In this document: positions 27,702-37,284 of the stretch, one piece after another | How positions within the stretch are numbered: the stretch's first letter is position 1 | Layout of the letters: the number at the start of each line of letters is the position of its first letter | From: a phage | Sequence record: PZ452599.1 | Reading direction: 5' to 3' (one strand) | DNA length: 51,263 nucleotides | Notes under the pieces: generated by a model | The model's database searches: none | What the model was told of the DNA's origin: nothing | What the model saw: the letters and a program-made list of their open reading frames with translations, nothing else | Position numbers and translations under genes: made by a program

Positions 27702-29699
27702 ATGATTCCAAATATCGAAAAACAAATATCAGCGTTAGGCGAGTCAGTAATAAAAAGCATCCAAGAGCGATTCACGGTTGGCAATATAGTGCCTTATCCT
27801 TATCAGTGCGTTGCGTATGCCGAGATCGCAAAGCGCATGAAAAACTATGAGCATCCTTTCTTTGTTAAGGCTTCTGTGTCGGCTGGTAAAACATTGATGT
27901 TTGCGATGGTTGCGGCGCAATGCCGCAAGATGGGATTGAAAATGATGGTCCTTGCTCGCCAGGCTGAAATTGTTGATCAGGATTCAGAAGAGATCAGCAA
28001 TCTTGGCGTGCCAAACTCAATCTATTGCGCCGGACTGAAAACAAAAAGCGCATACTTTCCGATCGTAGTCGGTTCTGAGGGCACTGTAGTAAACGGATTG
28101 TTTAAGTCGTTAGGTGATTATGTTCCGCACGTTATCGGTATTGATGAATGTCACCAGGTGGATTGGGAGGATCTCGCTGATGCGATAGAAAATAATGAAT
28201 CTTACCAGCAGATGACCACTAAGAAGGATTTGCCTGTACTGATTGGAGAAGAACAGCAATTTGATTCCAATGGCGATCCAATGTTCGGAACAGGGCGCAC
28301 ACAGTACACCGTAATAATCATGGAAATGATGCGCAGGTGTCGCGAGGCATACGGGCACGAATTGCGAATATTCGGTATGACTGGATCTGAGTTTCGCGGC
28401 GTGGTTCCAATACTGGTTGAAGATAAGAACAAAAAGGGATTCTGGCGTGAGCAGGTGACTAACATAGACACAAACTACTTAATCAAATTTGGCTCGGTAG
28501 TGCCAACAAATTTCGGCGACGTAGGCGATCTGGGGTATGACCTTTCAGAGTTCGAAGCCAGTAGCGAGGATGGCGTTTCAGACTTTGACGCTAAAACATT
28601 GCGCAAGATGGAAGAAAAGATCCATCAAGACGCAACAATGACACAGAAAATCATGGCTAAAGTCCATGAGATATGCAAAGACAGGAACGGAGTTTTAGTT
28701 ACATGCGCAGGGGAAAGACACTGCAAGGAGGCCGCCGCCGCACTGCCGCCAGGCGTTGAATACAGGATCATAACTGGCAAGACTGGAGATAATCAGCGTA
28801 AAGAGTGGCTGAGGGAGGCATACGAGGGAAAAGTAAAATACATCTTCCAGGTACAGGCGCTTACCACTGGCGTTAACGTTCCGTTTTGGGATACTTCGGT
28901 AATACTGAGAAAGATAGGATCTCTAACATTGCTTATCCAGCTTTTGGGGCGCGGTATGCGACTGCTTAAGCAATGGCACATTGAGCAGGGATTCAAGAAA
29001 AAAGACCATCTTGTATTGGATTTTGCCGGTACTATGGATGAGTTAGGGGATTTGTATTTCGATCCAATCCTTGAGCAAGCGCAATTCCAAAAGAGATTTA
29101 CAAACGGGAAAGAGCCTAAGACTTGTCCGATATGTGGAACGCTAAACAGCTTTTACGCTCGCCGATGTATGCACGTAGACGATAACGGGAAGAGATGCGA
29201 GCATTTTTGGACTTACAGAATTTGCGAGGACCAGGTAGATCCGAGAACGAAAAAGATAATCAAGCGCGGTTGCGGAACAAAAAACGACGTAGTGGCGAGA
29301 GTATGCCGTTGTTGCGATATTTCTCTTGTCGATCCTAACGAGAAGTTAAGCGGCAAGCACTACACCAAAAACGATTGGTGCAACGTTAAATCTTTCCGCG
29401 TTGATATGACGAAAAACCAGAAAGGAATTGTTTTTTGCTATGAGCTTGAGGCCAACGGCGACACGTTCAAGGCATACGAAAGATTTTTCCCTGAGTCAGA
29501 AAGCAACATTTGCCGGACGATATGGAGAAAAATAGCATTGCAGCACATACCGGATCGCAAGATTGCTGGTATGGTGGCGAGCTATAGAAATGCGCGTAAA
29601 ATAATGTCATACGCTCATCACATCATGCCTCCTGTACGCGTAACGCATCGCAAAAACGGCAAAGGTGAGGATAACATTGCAAAACGGGAGTTTGTTTAA
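27702..29699 (+). CDS. SF2 DNA helicase (DExH-box) with C-terminal Cys-rich zinc-finger region
   Basis: 665 aa; Walker A SVSAGKT, Walker B GIDECHQ; C-terminal CPICG...CxxC clusters. Confidence 0.75.
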   Translation: MIPNIEKQISALGESVIKSIQERFTVGNIVPYPYQCVAYAEIAKRMKNYEHPFFVKASVSAGKTLMFAMVAAQCRKMGLKMMVLARQAEIVDQDSEEISNLGVPNSIYCAGLKTKSAYFPIVVGSEGTVVNGLFKSLGDYVPHVIGIDECHQVDWEDLADAIENNESYQQMTTKKDLPVLIGEEQQFDSNGDPMFGTGRTQYTVIIMEMMRRCREAYGHELRIFGMTGSEFRGVVPILVEDKNKKGFWREQVTNIDTNYLIKFGSVVPTNFGDVGDLGYDLSEFEASSEDGVSDFDAKTLRKMEEKIHQDATMTQKIMAKVHEICKDRNGVLVTCAGERHCKEAAAALPPGVEYRIITGKTGDNQRKEWLREAYEGKVKYIFQVQALTTGVNVPFWDTSVILRKIGSLTLLIQLLGRGMRLLKQWHIEQGFKKKDHLVLDFAGTMDELGDLYFDPILEQAQFQKRFTNGKEPKTCPICGTLNSFYARRCMHVDDNGKRCEHFWTYRICEDQVDPRTKKIIKRGCGTKNDVVARVCRCCDISLVDPNEKLSGKHYTKNDWCNVKSFRVDMTKNQKGIVFCYELEANGDTFKAYERFFPESESNICRTIWRKIALQHIPDRKIAGMVASYRNARKIMSYAHHIMPPVRVTHRKNGKGEDNIAKREFV

Positions 29700-30118
29700 T
29701 GGCTATAACTGATAAAGGCGATTATCTTGAGTTTTACGAAAGGGATCCAACCGACACGAGAAGGGAAGTTAATCACCAGATAGATAGTTTTCAGTGGTTG
29801 ACTTATGCTCATCCTTATTTGCTGGCGTGGCATACGGTAAACGAGAATGAGAAGTCTAAAGCAACGGCGATGATTGATCAGCAGTCCGGCTTGGTTAAGG
29901 GAGTAAGCGATTTCATCATCCTGATTGGTTTAAACGGAAAATACCCCTTTGCAGCGATTGAGATCAAACGAGTGAATAAATCAGGCAAGGGGAAAGCATC
30001 ACCAGTCAGCGATGAACAAAAGGCTTTTTTGCGTCGCGTTCGCAGCTTAGGAGGATTCGCTGCGGTAGCCTACGGATTCAATCAGTTTAAGTTGGCTATT
30101 GAATACATGCTTAAATAG
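29699..30118 (+). CDS. VRR-NUC domain nuclease
   Basis: 139 aa; TAATG overlap with helicase; GVSDFIILIG...AIEIK PD-(D/E)XK-like motif. Confidence 0.55.
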   Translation: MAITDKGDYLEFYERDPTDTRREVNHQIDSFQWLTYAHPYLLAWHTVNENEKSKATAMIDQQSGLVKGVSDFIILIGLNGKYPFAAIEIKRVNKSGKGKASPVSDEQKAFLRRVRSLGGFAAVAYGFNQFKLAIEYMLK

Positions 30119-30158
30119 CACTTTTTGTTAAAACTGGCGCGATGGATTGCGCCATAAT
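30116..30158 (+). promoter_or_regulatory. motif-type promoter (motif, 18-nt hairpin spacer, CATAAT)
   Basis: TAGCACTTTTTGTTAAAAC 30116-30134; spacer hairpin GGCGC...GCGCC; CATAAT 30153-30158; upstream of dam. Confidence 0.5.
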
Positions 30159-30198
30159 TCAATAACACGAGATGGCTTTTAATAGCGGAGAAATGAAA

Positions 30199-30924
30199 AT
30201 GGCTAAAGATATTTTAGATAAAGACACCCATGACGCATTCGTTAGCTTTGAGCAGTTGGAGAGAGAAACGTTTATAGGGAATGCCCTTGCAACTGGAGGC
30301 CATTACCAGGCAGTAAAGCCAAATCAATATTATAAGGTAAGCGGAAACCGATACGCTGGAAGCACTACGCCGGACGTTGTGCGAGATATGTGGAGCACGC
30401 CTCAAGAGATCGTGGAGTGGATGGAATCAGAATTTGGTGAATACGATCTCGACGCGGCAGCAAGCCAGGAAAACGCAGTTTGCGAGAAGTTCTATAGCAA
30501 GGAGACAAACTGCTTAAAGCGTTGGTGGGGTAGCAACAAGCACGTATGGCTTAACCCGCCGTACAGCAACCCAACTCCATTTATCAAGAAAGCAATTGAG
30601 CAAATGGAGCACAACAACCAAATTGATGTTTTGTTGCCAGCAGACAACTCTACAGCATGGTTTTATGAGGCGCAGAAAAACGCGGCTGAAATTATCTGGA
30701 TCACTGGCGAGGTTTACGAAGAGGGTGGAGTAGAATACTCCCGCACCGGAAGAATTGCCTTTGTGTCTGGATTGACTGGTGAGCCTGTGCAGGGCAACAA
30801 CAAGGGAAGCGTGATTTTTGTCATGCGCAAACTTAAAGAAGGCGAGGAGCAGAAAACGCGATACGTTAAGATCAGCGATATTTGCCCTTCTGTAACCGAA
30901 CGTCGCGCACGCAAACGGAGCTAA
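30199..30924 (+). CDS. dam: DNA N6-adenine methyltransferase (phage Dam-like)
   Basis: 241 aa from ATG 30199 (GGAG 9 nt upstream); catalytic NPPY motif (VWLNPPYSN). Confidence 0.7.
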   Translation: MAKDILDKDTHDAFVSFEQLERETFIGNALATGGHYQAVKPNQYYKVSGNRYAGSTTPDVVRDMWSTPQEIVEWMESEFGEYDLDAAASQENAVCEKFYSKETNCLKRWWGSNKHVWLNPPYSNPTPFIKKAIEQMEHNNQIDVLLPADNSTAWFYEAQKNAAEIIWITGEVYEEGGVEYSRTGRIAFVSGLTGEPVQGNNKGSVIFVMRKLKEGEEQKTRYVKISDICPSVTERRARKRS

Positions 30925-30928
30925 CACG

Positions 30929-31186
30929 ATGGAAAAAGAGAGAAGCGTTTATTTAAATGAAACTGGCGAGTGGTTGTTATTTCGTGCTATGGTGTGCGAT
31001 GCACTTGATAAAAACCCTAACGTGAAAAAAATGATTGATTGCGATCCGTGGGAATTTTCAAGCGCATTAGATATGAGCTTTGAGGAGACAAGAAAACTCC
31101 CGCTTGAAAAATGGCACGAACAAATCAGAAATGACATGCAAGAGTTTGTCGATTCGTGGAATTTTCAGCACGGAATGATCCACTAA
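30929..31186 (+). CDS. hypothetical protein
   Basis: 85 aa; stop is followed directly by a motif copy. Confidence 0.5.
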   Translation: MEKERSVYLNETGEWLLFRAMVCDALDKNPNVKKMIDCDPWEFSSALDMSFEETRKLPLEKWHEQIRNDMQEFVDSWNFQHGMIH

Positions 31187-31229
31187 TAGCACTTTTTGTT
31201 AAAACGCCCGGCCTAGTGTCGGGCATAAT
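31187..31229 (+). promoter_or_regulatory. motif-type promoter
   Basis: Motif 31187-31205; spacer hairpin GCCCG...CGGGC; CATAAT 31224-31229; upstream of gene 31262. Confidence 0.5.
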
Positions 31230-31261
31230 TATTTCAACGAAGCAAACATGAGGAAATAAAA

Positions 31262-31441
31262 ATGGTGGTATTCGATAAACGCGCTTTTAATCTTGCTCAA
31301 GAAGCAGCAAAAGGTTCAGTAGAGGGCGGTTCAAAGGAAGGATTCCAGTTTGATTGGGAGATCGCAATGTTTTTACTGAAAGTTGCATACGGTCACGCGC
31401 CAATTGAACAAGCGGAGGCATATTATAAGCATGAAGGTTGA
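31262..31441 (+). CDS. hypothetical small protein (59 aa, not in ORF track)
   Basis: ATG 31262 with GAGGA RBS, downstream of motif promoter 31187-31229; stop overlaps next start. Confidence 0.5.
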   Translation: MVVFDKRAFNLAQEAAKGSVEGGSKEGFQFDWEIAMFLLKVAYGHAPIEQAEAYYKHEG

Positions 31442-31673
31442 GCAAGGGAGAGATGCGGTATGGAATCACGCTAAAGAATGCGGTATTGCCGACGATATAA
31501 AGAAGATCGCGCAATACTTTGATATTGCAGATGTGAGCATAATTAGCGGCGACAAGATGACTTTCCTCAAGGAAAGGCCGCGAAAAATGGTAAGAGTTCC
31601 AGCAGTTCCAACAAAAATTGATTTCAAAGAGGCAATGGCTAAAATCCGAGAGCCTCGCAAATATTATAAATGA
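31431..31673 (+). CDS. hypothetical protein
   Basis: 80 aa from ATG 31431; overlaps upstream stop (coupling); track start 31383 lies inside the preceding gene. Confidence 0.45.
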   Translation: MKVEQGRDAVWNHAKECGIADDIKKIAQYFDIADVSIISGDKMTFLKERPRKMVRVPAVPTKIDFKEAMAKIREPRKYYK

Positions 31674-31767
31674 GGATAGTTATCATGTGGCGCTTGTTTG
31701 TTCTACCGTTACCCGTTATCATCGCTGTTACAGTTATGTACCATATAGTGATGAGATAGGTAGCAGA

Positions 31768-32883
31768 ATGAAAAATGTAAAAATTACAGATGAGCAATTC
31801 AAGATCGAACGGGCGGCAGGTAAGACATATAAACAGATCGCTCAAGAGTACGGAATGAATGTGAGAAGCGTCGAGCGTCGCGCGGCGCGTCTTGCAAAGC
31901 AAGGACAGTTATCGACCATCGGAGCGCCTGGTTTTGGTGTTCATGGTGAGTCAGTAATGACTGACAAAGAAGGAAATATAATCCTCAAGTGGACCAAAAC
32001 CAGCAAGGATAAAGAGCAATTAGAGGCACTGATGCGCGCAGCTATGGAGGCGTTTAGCGAGGAAGTGCCGCGATTAGATCCAGTTCCATTGCAGGAGCGT
32101 AACTATAATGAAACGCTTTCATTGTATCCGATCTTTGACATGCACTTAGGCGCTATGGCCCATAAGCACGAATGCGGCGAAAATTGGGATACTGCTACGG
32201 CGGAGCGCGTTATGAATAACTTTATCGACTATGCTTTGATGTGCGCACCGGACAGCGAAAAGGCTGTTATCCTGATTGGTGGCGATATGCTGCATAGCGA
32301 CGGCCTTGAGGCGGTGACACCTGCAAGCGGTCACGTACTTGATCAAGATAGCCGATATGCAAAATTGGTTTACGTTGCAATCCGCGCAATGCGTCGCGCA
32401 ATTAATAAAATGCTGTTAAAGCATAAACATGTTGAGGTCCAGATCGTAGAGGGCAATCACGACCAATCAGGAATGATTTGGCTACGCGCAGCGATGGCGG
32501 CAGCATATGAGAACGAGCCGCGCGTTTACGTTGATGTTTCTCCTCGCGTTGTTCACCACACGCAATACGGAAAAACTTTCCTTGCGTACCATCACGGGCA
32601 CACAGTGCGCAAACCTGAGACTTTGCTAATGATGTGCGCGTCAGATTGGCGGGAGGACTTCGGAAACTCAAAAACGATGTATGCGCACGTAGGGCACTGG
32701 CATCACCAGACCGTAACAGAAACGTCGCTTGGCATCGTGGAGGTGCATAGCACCCTGGCGGCAAAAGACGCATACGCCGCGCGAGGTGGCTGGAGATCTC
32801 GACGCCGTGCAGCGGTTATCATTTACGACAAAGAGCATGGAGAAGTGGGGCGATTTGTTCACTATCCAGAAATGATGAATTGA
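31768..32883 (+). CDS. metallophosphoesterase with N-terminal HTH-like domain
   Basis: 371 aa from ATG 31768; calcineurin-like motifs DMH, GDMLHSD, GNHDQ, GHWHH; N-terminal KTYKQIAQEYGMNVRSVERRAARL HTH-like segment. Confidence 0.6.
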   Translation: MKNVKITDEQFKIERAAGKTYKQIAQEYGMNVRSVERRAARLAKQGQLSTIGAPGFGVHGESVMTDKEGNIILKWTKTSKDKEQLEALMRAAMEAFSEEVPRLDPVPLQERNYNETLSLYPIFDMHLGAMAHKHECGENWDTATAERVMNNFIDYALMCAPDSEKAVILIGGDMLHSDGLEAVTPASGHVLDQDSRYAKLVYVAIRAMRRAINKMLLKHKHVEVQIVEGNHDQSGMIWLRAAMAAAYENEPRVYVDVSPRVVHHTQYGKTFLAYHHGHTVRKPETLLMMCASDWREDFGNSKTMYAHVGHWHHQTVTETSLGIVEVHSTLAAKDAYAARGGWRSRRRAAVIIYDKEHGEVGRFVHYPEMMN

Positions 32884-32929
32884 TGAATTTTTATTTAAAT
32901 CAATGACAAATTAAATCAAAAACTTGCAA

Positions 32930-32960
32930 AGGGGCGGCGTTTGTCGCCTCTTTTTTTTGT
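32930..32960 (+). terminator. intrinsic terminator after metallophosphoesterase gene
   Basis: GC-rich short hairpin followed by T8. Confidence 0.5.
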
Positions 32961-33029
32961 TTAATTTTTTTACCATGTGCGTTTATCATGCGGTCAATAT
33001 ATTGACTTTAATTAATATGGAGAATAAAA

Positions 33030-33245
33030 ATGAAAGATTTTATTAACGCAGCTACCGCCGGATCTGGCGGTTCATCTATCGCAAGCGCCGCTACAGGGCA
33101 GTTAACCATTGCTATTGCTAGCTTTGTTTTAATGGCTGCATTCGGTGCATGGGGCGCTTACCTTCGCTGGCGTGATAGTAAAAAATTCCACGAGGCGATC
33201 GAAAAAGGTGATATTCAAAAAGCTATTGAGATCAGGGGCAAGTAA
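33030..33245 (+). CDS. holin (pinholin-like, two TMDs)
   Basis: 71 aa; GGAG RBS; Gly/Ala/Ser-rich weak TMD1 plus hydrophobic TMD2 and charged C-terminus; directly upstream of endolysin. Confidence 0.6.
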   Translation: MKDFINAATAGSGGSSIASAATGQLTIAIASFVLMAAFGAWGAYLRWRDSKKFHEAIEKGDIQKAIEIRGK

Positions 33246-33736
33246 TGAGCATAAAGAACAGGGTAGCGGCTGCGGCCTTTGGCGTTGCGGTTGCCTTGAC
33301 TTCTCCACTTCTTGAAGAGATCGAAGGGGTAAGATACAAGCCATACAAAGATATTGCGGGGGTATGGACGGTTTGCGCAGGAATCACCGGACCAGATGTT
33401 ATCCTGGGGAAAACGTACACTAAAAAAGAGTGTGATGCTTTGTTGGCTAAACATATCCAGGTTGCTAAAAAAGAAGTTGACAAGCAGGTTAAGGTTGACA
33501 TTCCTGATAGTATGCGTGCAGCAATGTACTCATTCACTTATAATGCAGGCGTGGGAGCTTTCAGAAATTCAACAATGCTGAAACTCATCAACCAGGGGAA
33601 ATTAAACGAGGCTTGCGATCAGCTTTATCGTTGGACGTATTACCATAACCCCAAAACAGGAAAGCGCGAGAAGTCTAAAGGCTTACTTAACAGGCGCAAG
33701 GTCGAATACAAATATTGCACGATGGATCTGAAATGA
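33245..33736 (+). CDS. SAR endolysin (T4/lambda-type lysozyme)
   Basis: 163 aa; TAATG overlap with holin; N-terminal weakly hydrophobic SAR-like segment; catalytic E-8aa-D-5aa-T triad. Confidence 0.7.
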   Translation: MSIKNRVAAAAFGVAVALTSPLLEEIEGVRYKPYKDIAGVWTVCAGITGPDVILGKTYTKKECDALLAKHIQVAKKEVDKQVKVDIPDSMRAAMYSFTYNAGVGAFRNSTMLKLINQGKLNEACDQLYRWTYYHNPKTGKREKSKGLLNRRKVEYKYCTMDLK

Positions 33737-34128
33737 TGAAGAAATTTTTACTTACACCAATCGCAATGGCGGTGATCTTGTCTGGATGTTCAAGCGTTAT
33801 GCCACTGACCGGATTAATCGGCAGTAAGCCGGAAATCACAGCACAGGCTGGCGCGGAGAACGTGAAGCAGACAGTTGGCATTACAGCAAAGCATGACGCC
33901 AGCACAAAACAGAAAACCACAATAAAGGAATCTGCGGTTGACAAGGTGGACACGTCCAGCAAGAAGGATTTCACAACATCAACCATTCAGGCCAATACCA
34001 TCAAGGCAGACAAAATTCAGGTCGTGCAGGGTAATAACGGCAGATGGTACGATCCAATAATCATATGCGTGGTTGTGTTCATTGTGCTGATTTGTCTTTA
34101 CTGGAGGGAAAAGAAAAAGGAGGCTTAA
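33733..34128 (+). CDS. unimolecular spanin (u-spanin)
   Basis: 131 aa; N-terminal lipoprotein signal with lipobox ILSGC and C-terminal [19 protein letters not shown]; overlaps endolysin stop. Confidence 0.65.
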   Translation: MMKKFLLTPIAMAVILSGCSSVMPLTGLIGSKPEITAQAGAENVKQTVGITAKHDASTKQKTTIKESAVDKVDTSSKKDFTTSTIQANTIKADKIQVVQGNNGRWYDPIIICVVVFIVLICLYWREKKKEA

Positions 34129-34146
34129 TGCCTCCTTTATTTTTAT
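34119..34146. terminator. bidirectional terminator after spanin gene
   Basis: Hairpin GGAGGC-TTAAT-GCCTCC (includes spanin stop) followed by T-rich run; convergent with leftward gene 34143-34367. Confidence 0.55.
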
Positions 34147-34367
34147 GTGTCGGGCCACATATGAGTTTCGTTTGTTGGCTTGTTCGATTCGTCGTAATGC
34201 CTTACTTCAATGCTGCAAGTGTCGCCGTACAGTTCTGCAATCTTGCGCTCATTTTCAACAGCCGATTGCTCACTCCATCCAAAATCCCTGTCATAAATTG
34301 TCGGGATTTCAGCAGAAGATCCGTTGTCATGATTATATACGCGAACTACTAAAAACTTGCTGGACAT
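34143..34367 (-). CDS. hypothetical protein
   Basis: 74 aa; AAAGG RBS; downstream of motif promoter 34404-34448. Confidence 0.5.
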   Translation of the reverse strand: MSSKFLVVRVYNHDNGSSAEIPTIYDRDFGWSEQSAVENERKIAELYGDTCSIEVRHYDESNKPTNETHMWPDT

Positions 34368-34403
34368 AATTTTACCTTTTGGTTGTTTCGTTTCGATGAA
34401 ACA

Positions 34404-34448
34404 AATATACCCGACAATAGGTCGGGCGTTTTAACAAAAAATGCTATT
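34404..34448 (-). promoter_or_regulatory. motif-type promoter
   Basis: Motif variant (AAAAAATGCTATT) 34428-34448; spacer hairpin CCCGAC...GTCGGG; TATATT -10; upstream of gene 34143-34367. Confidence 0.45.
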
Positions 34449-34638
34449 CCATGCGCTTTACCGTAACCAGTAATACACCATCATCATTGCATAAAACATG
34501 TTCAGTGGTGCTAAAAGCGAGCATATCTGAATAAAGTAGCGTAAGTAAAGCATGAATAAAATCCTCATGTGATATTGAATTTACGGCGCAGTGCTTCAAG
34601 ATCTTGTCTATTAGCTTTTGCCTGGAACAATTCATCAT
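34444..34638 (-). CDS. hypothetical protein (start uncertain)
   Basis: 64-aa ORF whose stop lies inside a motif copy as for other genes; overlaps 34565-34960 by 74 nt in another frame. Confidence 0.3.
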   Translation of the reverse strand: MMNCSRQKLIDKILKHCAVNSISHEDFIHALLTLLYSDMLAFSTTEHVLCNDDGVLLVTVKRME

Positions 34639-34960
34639 CGCCCATCTCCCCTATTCTAGCCATATCCCTGATCCAGTCGTTGCGCATACCATCCAGGCTA
34701 TACAATTCGAATCCGAAAGGCCGCTTTGACGATCCTTTGGACCAGTATTTTCCGCAGACCCCATCTATATAACCAGCCGTCATCATTCTTGCGCAAAATT
34801 CCTTAGATGCAAGGCTGGCGAACATTCGCGGCGTAAGTCCGGCGGCCCGTGCGATCCGCTCGCATTCTCTATGCTGATAGATAAATTTGGCTATGTGCTG
34901 CCTGTTAAACCAGTCGTATGACTCACACCATTTATACAGATCAAGCAAAAACATAATCAT
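34565..34960 (-). CDS. hypothetical protein
   Basis: 131 aa; ATGA overlap with upstream gene stop. Confidence 0.5.
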   Translation of the reverse strand: MIMFLLDLYKWCESYDWFNRQHIAKFIYQHRECERIARAAGLTPRMFASLASKEFCARMMTAGYIDGVCGKYWSKGSSKRPFGFELYSLDGMRNDWIRDMARIGEMGDDELFQAKANRQDLEALRRKFNIT

Positions 34961-36537
34961 CCCAGCAGTATTGGATTTACAAAAATAACACCATTAATCA
35001 CACAAACATAATTTCTCTCTTCCAGCATTGGCAGCAAGTGCCCTTCTATCCTCTTCATTACGCCAGCTTGACCAACGAAAGGTTTTACCTTTCTCGCTGA
35101 TTCGTACAGGGCGCGAATATTCAGAATCCCTTTATTAGCCTTGCCGTGTCTAGTGATCAATTCAATCAATTTACCCATTTCAGCATCATCACCAGCATAA
35201 CCAGAAGCATTGGCGGCGCTAATGTATGTTTTGCTCAATTCCTGAAACATGATCAGCGCCTCTTGCATTGTTTCCACGTCGATCTCTTTCGACTTCTGCG
35301 GGTATCCAGCAGGATTAAACCAGTTGCGGATAACATGCAGGACGGAAGCAAGCCTGATCACCTGTTTATCCATTTTACCAAGCGCACCGCGTAACATTGT
35401 ATGAGAATACTTTCCGCCGTCTGCAAGATGCGGTTCCATATCCTGACGAGCAATGTTTAGCACTCGCATAGCTGAACGGCTTATTTTCAGCGATATATTT
35501 GATTCGCTCATGATGTTATGCACCAATTGATAATATTGGGCCTTCAATTCAGAATCCACCGCCTCATAGGTAGAATCACCATTTTCATCAATGAATGAGC
35601 GACGGCCTAAGAATGATTCCTCGCGGACCAACAAAAAGCGCTCACTCACACCGATACCGCGCGATCCAGCGTCCATGATTCCGCTTATCGTTTCATCCTG
35701 GGCTATAACGCTCATACATCCAAGCGCGCGAAAACTCATGTTATTGTCAGCATTAGCACGGGCAATTGATACGTGACCATTATCCCACGCCTTAAGCACT
35801 AGCTCACTGTTAGTCTTCCTTTCGCTATTTGCATAGGTCAAGCCTAGCAGACTGTTAATACTTGTTGCTTCGTCAGATATTACGGCAAAGTTACCTTGCT
35901 TGTTGTTGATTTTCGCCAAGCCTTCTGGAGTGGTATCTGAAACAGGGAAAGTTATATCACACATCTTTTCCAGCTTCTCCTCCAGATCCTCTTTTTCCTG
36001 GTATAGAGATTCCATATCAGCGCCTGATCTTTCGCTTTTCATCTCCTTTGCAAGACCTGCCAACTTTGCCTGTATTTTCTTTCTTTCCTTGCGGCGTTGC
36101 TCGTTGATCTTCTCAACTTCCGCAATCATCGGAGCAATAGCCATGCTGTTGATCGCAGATTTACCAGTTGACGGCGGCTGGCTTGTAACGACGTAAAGCG
36201 CAGTCGGCTGATCTGTTCCGTGATAGTCAACCGTAAAGCGTCCAAGCATAGCGGCAGAAATGCAGCCGATAAAGTGCATGTAAGCCGATGATTCAGGGAA
36301 TTGAACGGATCGCGCAATGCTGCGTGATAGCTTGCCGACAACATCAATATCATTACCAAGAGAAATAACGGGGTAGCGATCGTGACCGCTATTTACATCC
36401 TTCACGTCGCCCCAAAAGCTGGACGACTGGCGATAGCCGTTAGCCTGAATTGATACGCGAACTGGTGAAAGGTTCTGGCTTTCAGCCATAGCGATTATTT
36501 GCTGTGGAGTTAATTTGTTCGTTTCTAATGAAAACAT
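34957..36537 (-). CDS. P-loop NTPase, putative replication-associated protein
   Basis: 526 aa; AAAGGAGA RBS; Walker A-like SQPPSTGKSA; large early gene on the same strand as primase. Confidence 0.5.
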   Translation of the reverse strand: MFSLETNKLTPQQIIAMAESQNLSPVRVSIQANGYRQSSSFWGDVKDVNSGHDRYPVISLGNDIDVVGKLSRSIARSVQFPESSAYMHFIGCISAAMLGRFTVDYHGTDQPTALYVVTSQPPSTGKSAINSMAIAPMIAEVEKINEQRRKERKKIQAKLAGLAKEMKSERSGADMESLYQEKEDLEEKLEKMCDITFPVSDTTPEGLAKINNKQGNFAVISDEATSINSLLGLTYANSERKTNSELVLKAWDNGHVSIARANADNNMSFRALGCMSVIAQDETISGIMDAGSRGIGVSERFLLVREESFLGRRSFIDENGDSTYEAVDSELKAQYYQLVHNIMSESNISLKISRSAMRVLNIARQDMEPHLADGGKYSHTMLRGALGKMDKQVIRLASVLHVIRNWFNPAGYPQKSKEIDVETMQEALIMFQELSKTYISAANASGYAGDDAEMGKLIELITRHGKANKGILNIRALYESARKVKPFVGQAGVMKRIEGHLLPMLEERNYVCVINGVIFVNPILLG

Positions 36538-36565
36538 TCGTTAGCTTCTCCTTTGTGGGCCGTAA

Positions 36566-36610
36566 ATTTTAACGGCCCAATACTACCCCGTTTTGTCAAA
36601 AAGTGCTATT
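36566..36610 (-). promoter_or_regulatory. motif-type promoter (variant with TTGACA)
   Basis: Motif 36590-36610 (- strand reads AATAGCACTTTTTGACAAAAC); spacer hairpin GGGCCGTT...AACGGCCC; TAAAAT -10; upstream of P-loop gene. Confidence 0.5.
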
Positions 36611-36827
36611 TGATCCGCTCTATTGCAACCAGAAGTCGATCAGGCTGGCGGTCGCTGTAGCATTCTCCTGTAATCCCATCCTTAAACGTAAAGTAAAGCG
36701 CCTTATGATATGAAAAACCAATCAGCCAACCTACCGCCGTTTTTTTGATGGGCCTGACTATATCGCCAGGCTTGAAAGTCTTTGTGGTAGAATGCGTTAC
36801 TTTGTAACGGTTCTCACTGTTTATCAC
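36606..36827 (-). CDS. hypothetical protein
   Basis: 73 aa; GTG start overlapping upstream stop (GTGA); stop inside motif copy. Confidence 0.4.
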   Translation of the reverse strand: MINSENRYKVTHSTTKTFKPGDIVRPIKKTAVGWLIGFSYHKALYFTFKDGITGECYSDRQPDRLLVAIERIK

Positions 36828-37210
36828 AGATATTTGCCCTCAAACAGATAACATCCGCCAGCAGAGAATCCGACCTCTTCACGGTACAGGTTCCAGCGGT
36901 CGCCGCACTCATCAAAAACATAACCCGCAACGCTTCCAAGCGGTCGCCCTTTCTCGATCTGGTATCGCTTGCCCTGCTTAAAGTGCTTTTTGCACGGCAT
37001 GTTATGATCTACAAACGTGCAAAGAACGGTTTTTGTGTTAATGGCGCGGTAATCATCTCGGTTTGCTGGAAGCCAGCGGCTACCCTTAACAAGCGTCTTA
37101 ACTTGGAACTCTTCCACCTCGATCACATCATCACTTCCTGCAATCTTCTGATAAACCTTTTTAAAACGGCCTTTCATCAATACGTTGGTTTCATTACAGA
37201 TAACATTCAT
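36824..37210 (-). CDS. hypothetical protein
   Basis: 128 aa; AAGGAGA RBS; downstream of motif promoter 37241-37284. Confidence 0.55.
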   Translation of the reverse strand: MNVICNETNVLMKGRFKKVYQKIAGSDDVIEVEEFQVKTLVKGSRWLPANRDDYRAINTKTVLCTFVDHNMPCKKHFKQGKRYQIEKGRPLGSVAGYVFDECGDRWNLYREEVGFSAGGCYLFEGKYL

Positions 37211-37240
37211 GATCAGATCTCCTTTGTTTGTTCGATGTGA

Positions 37241-37284
37241 TTATGCCAGGTTTTTACACCTGGCTTTTAACAAAAAGTGCTATT
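37241..37284 (-). promoter_or_regulatory. motif-type promoter
   Basis: Motif 37264-37284; spacer hairpin GCCAGG...CCTGGC; CATAAT -10; upstream of gene 36824-37210. Confidence 0.5.
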
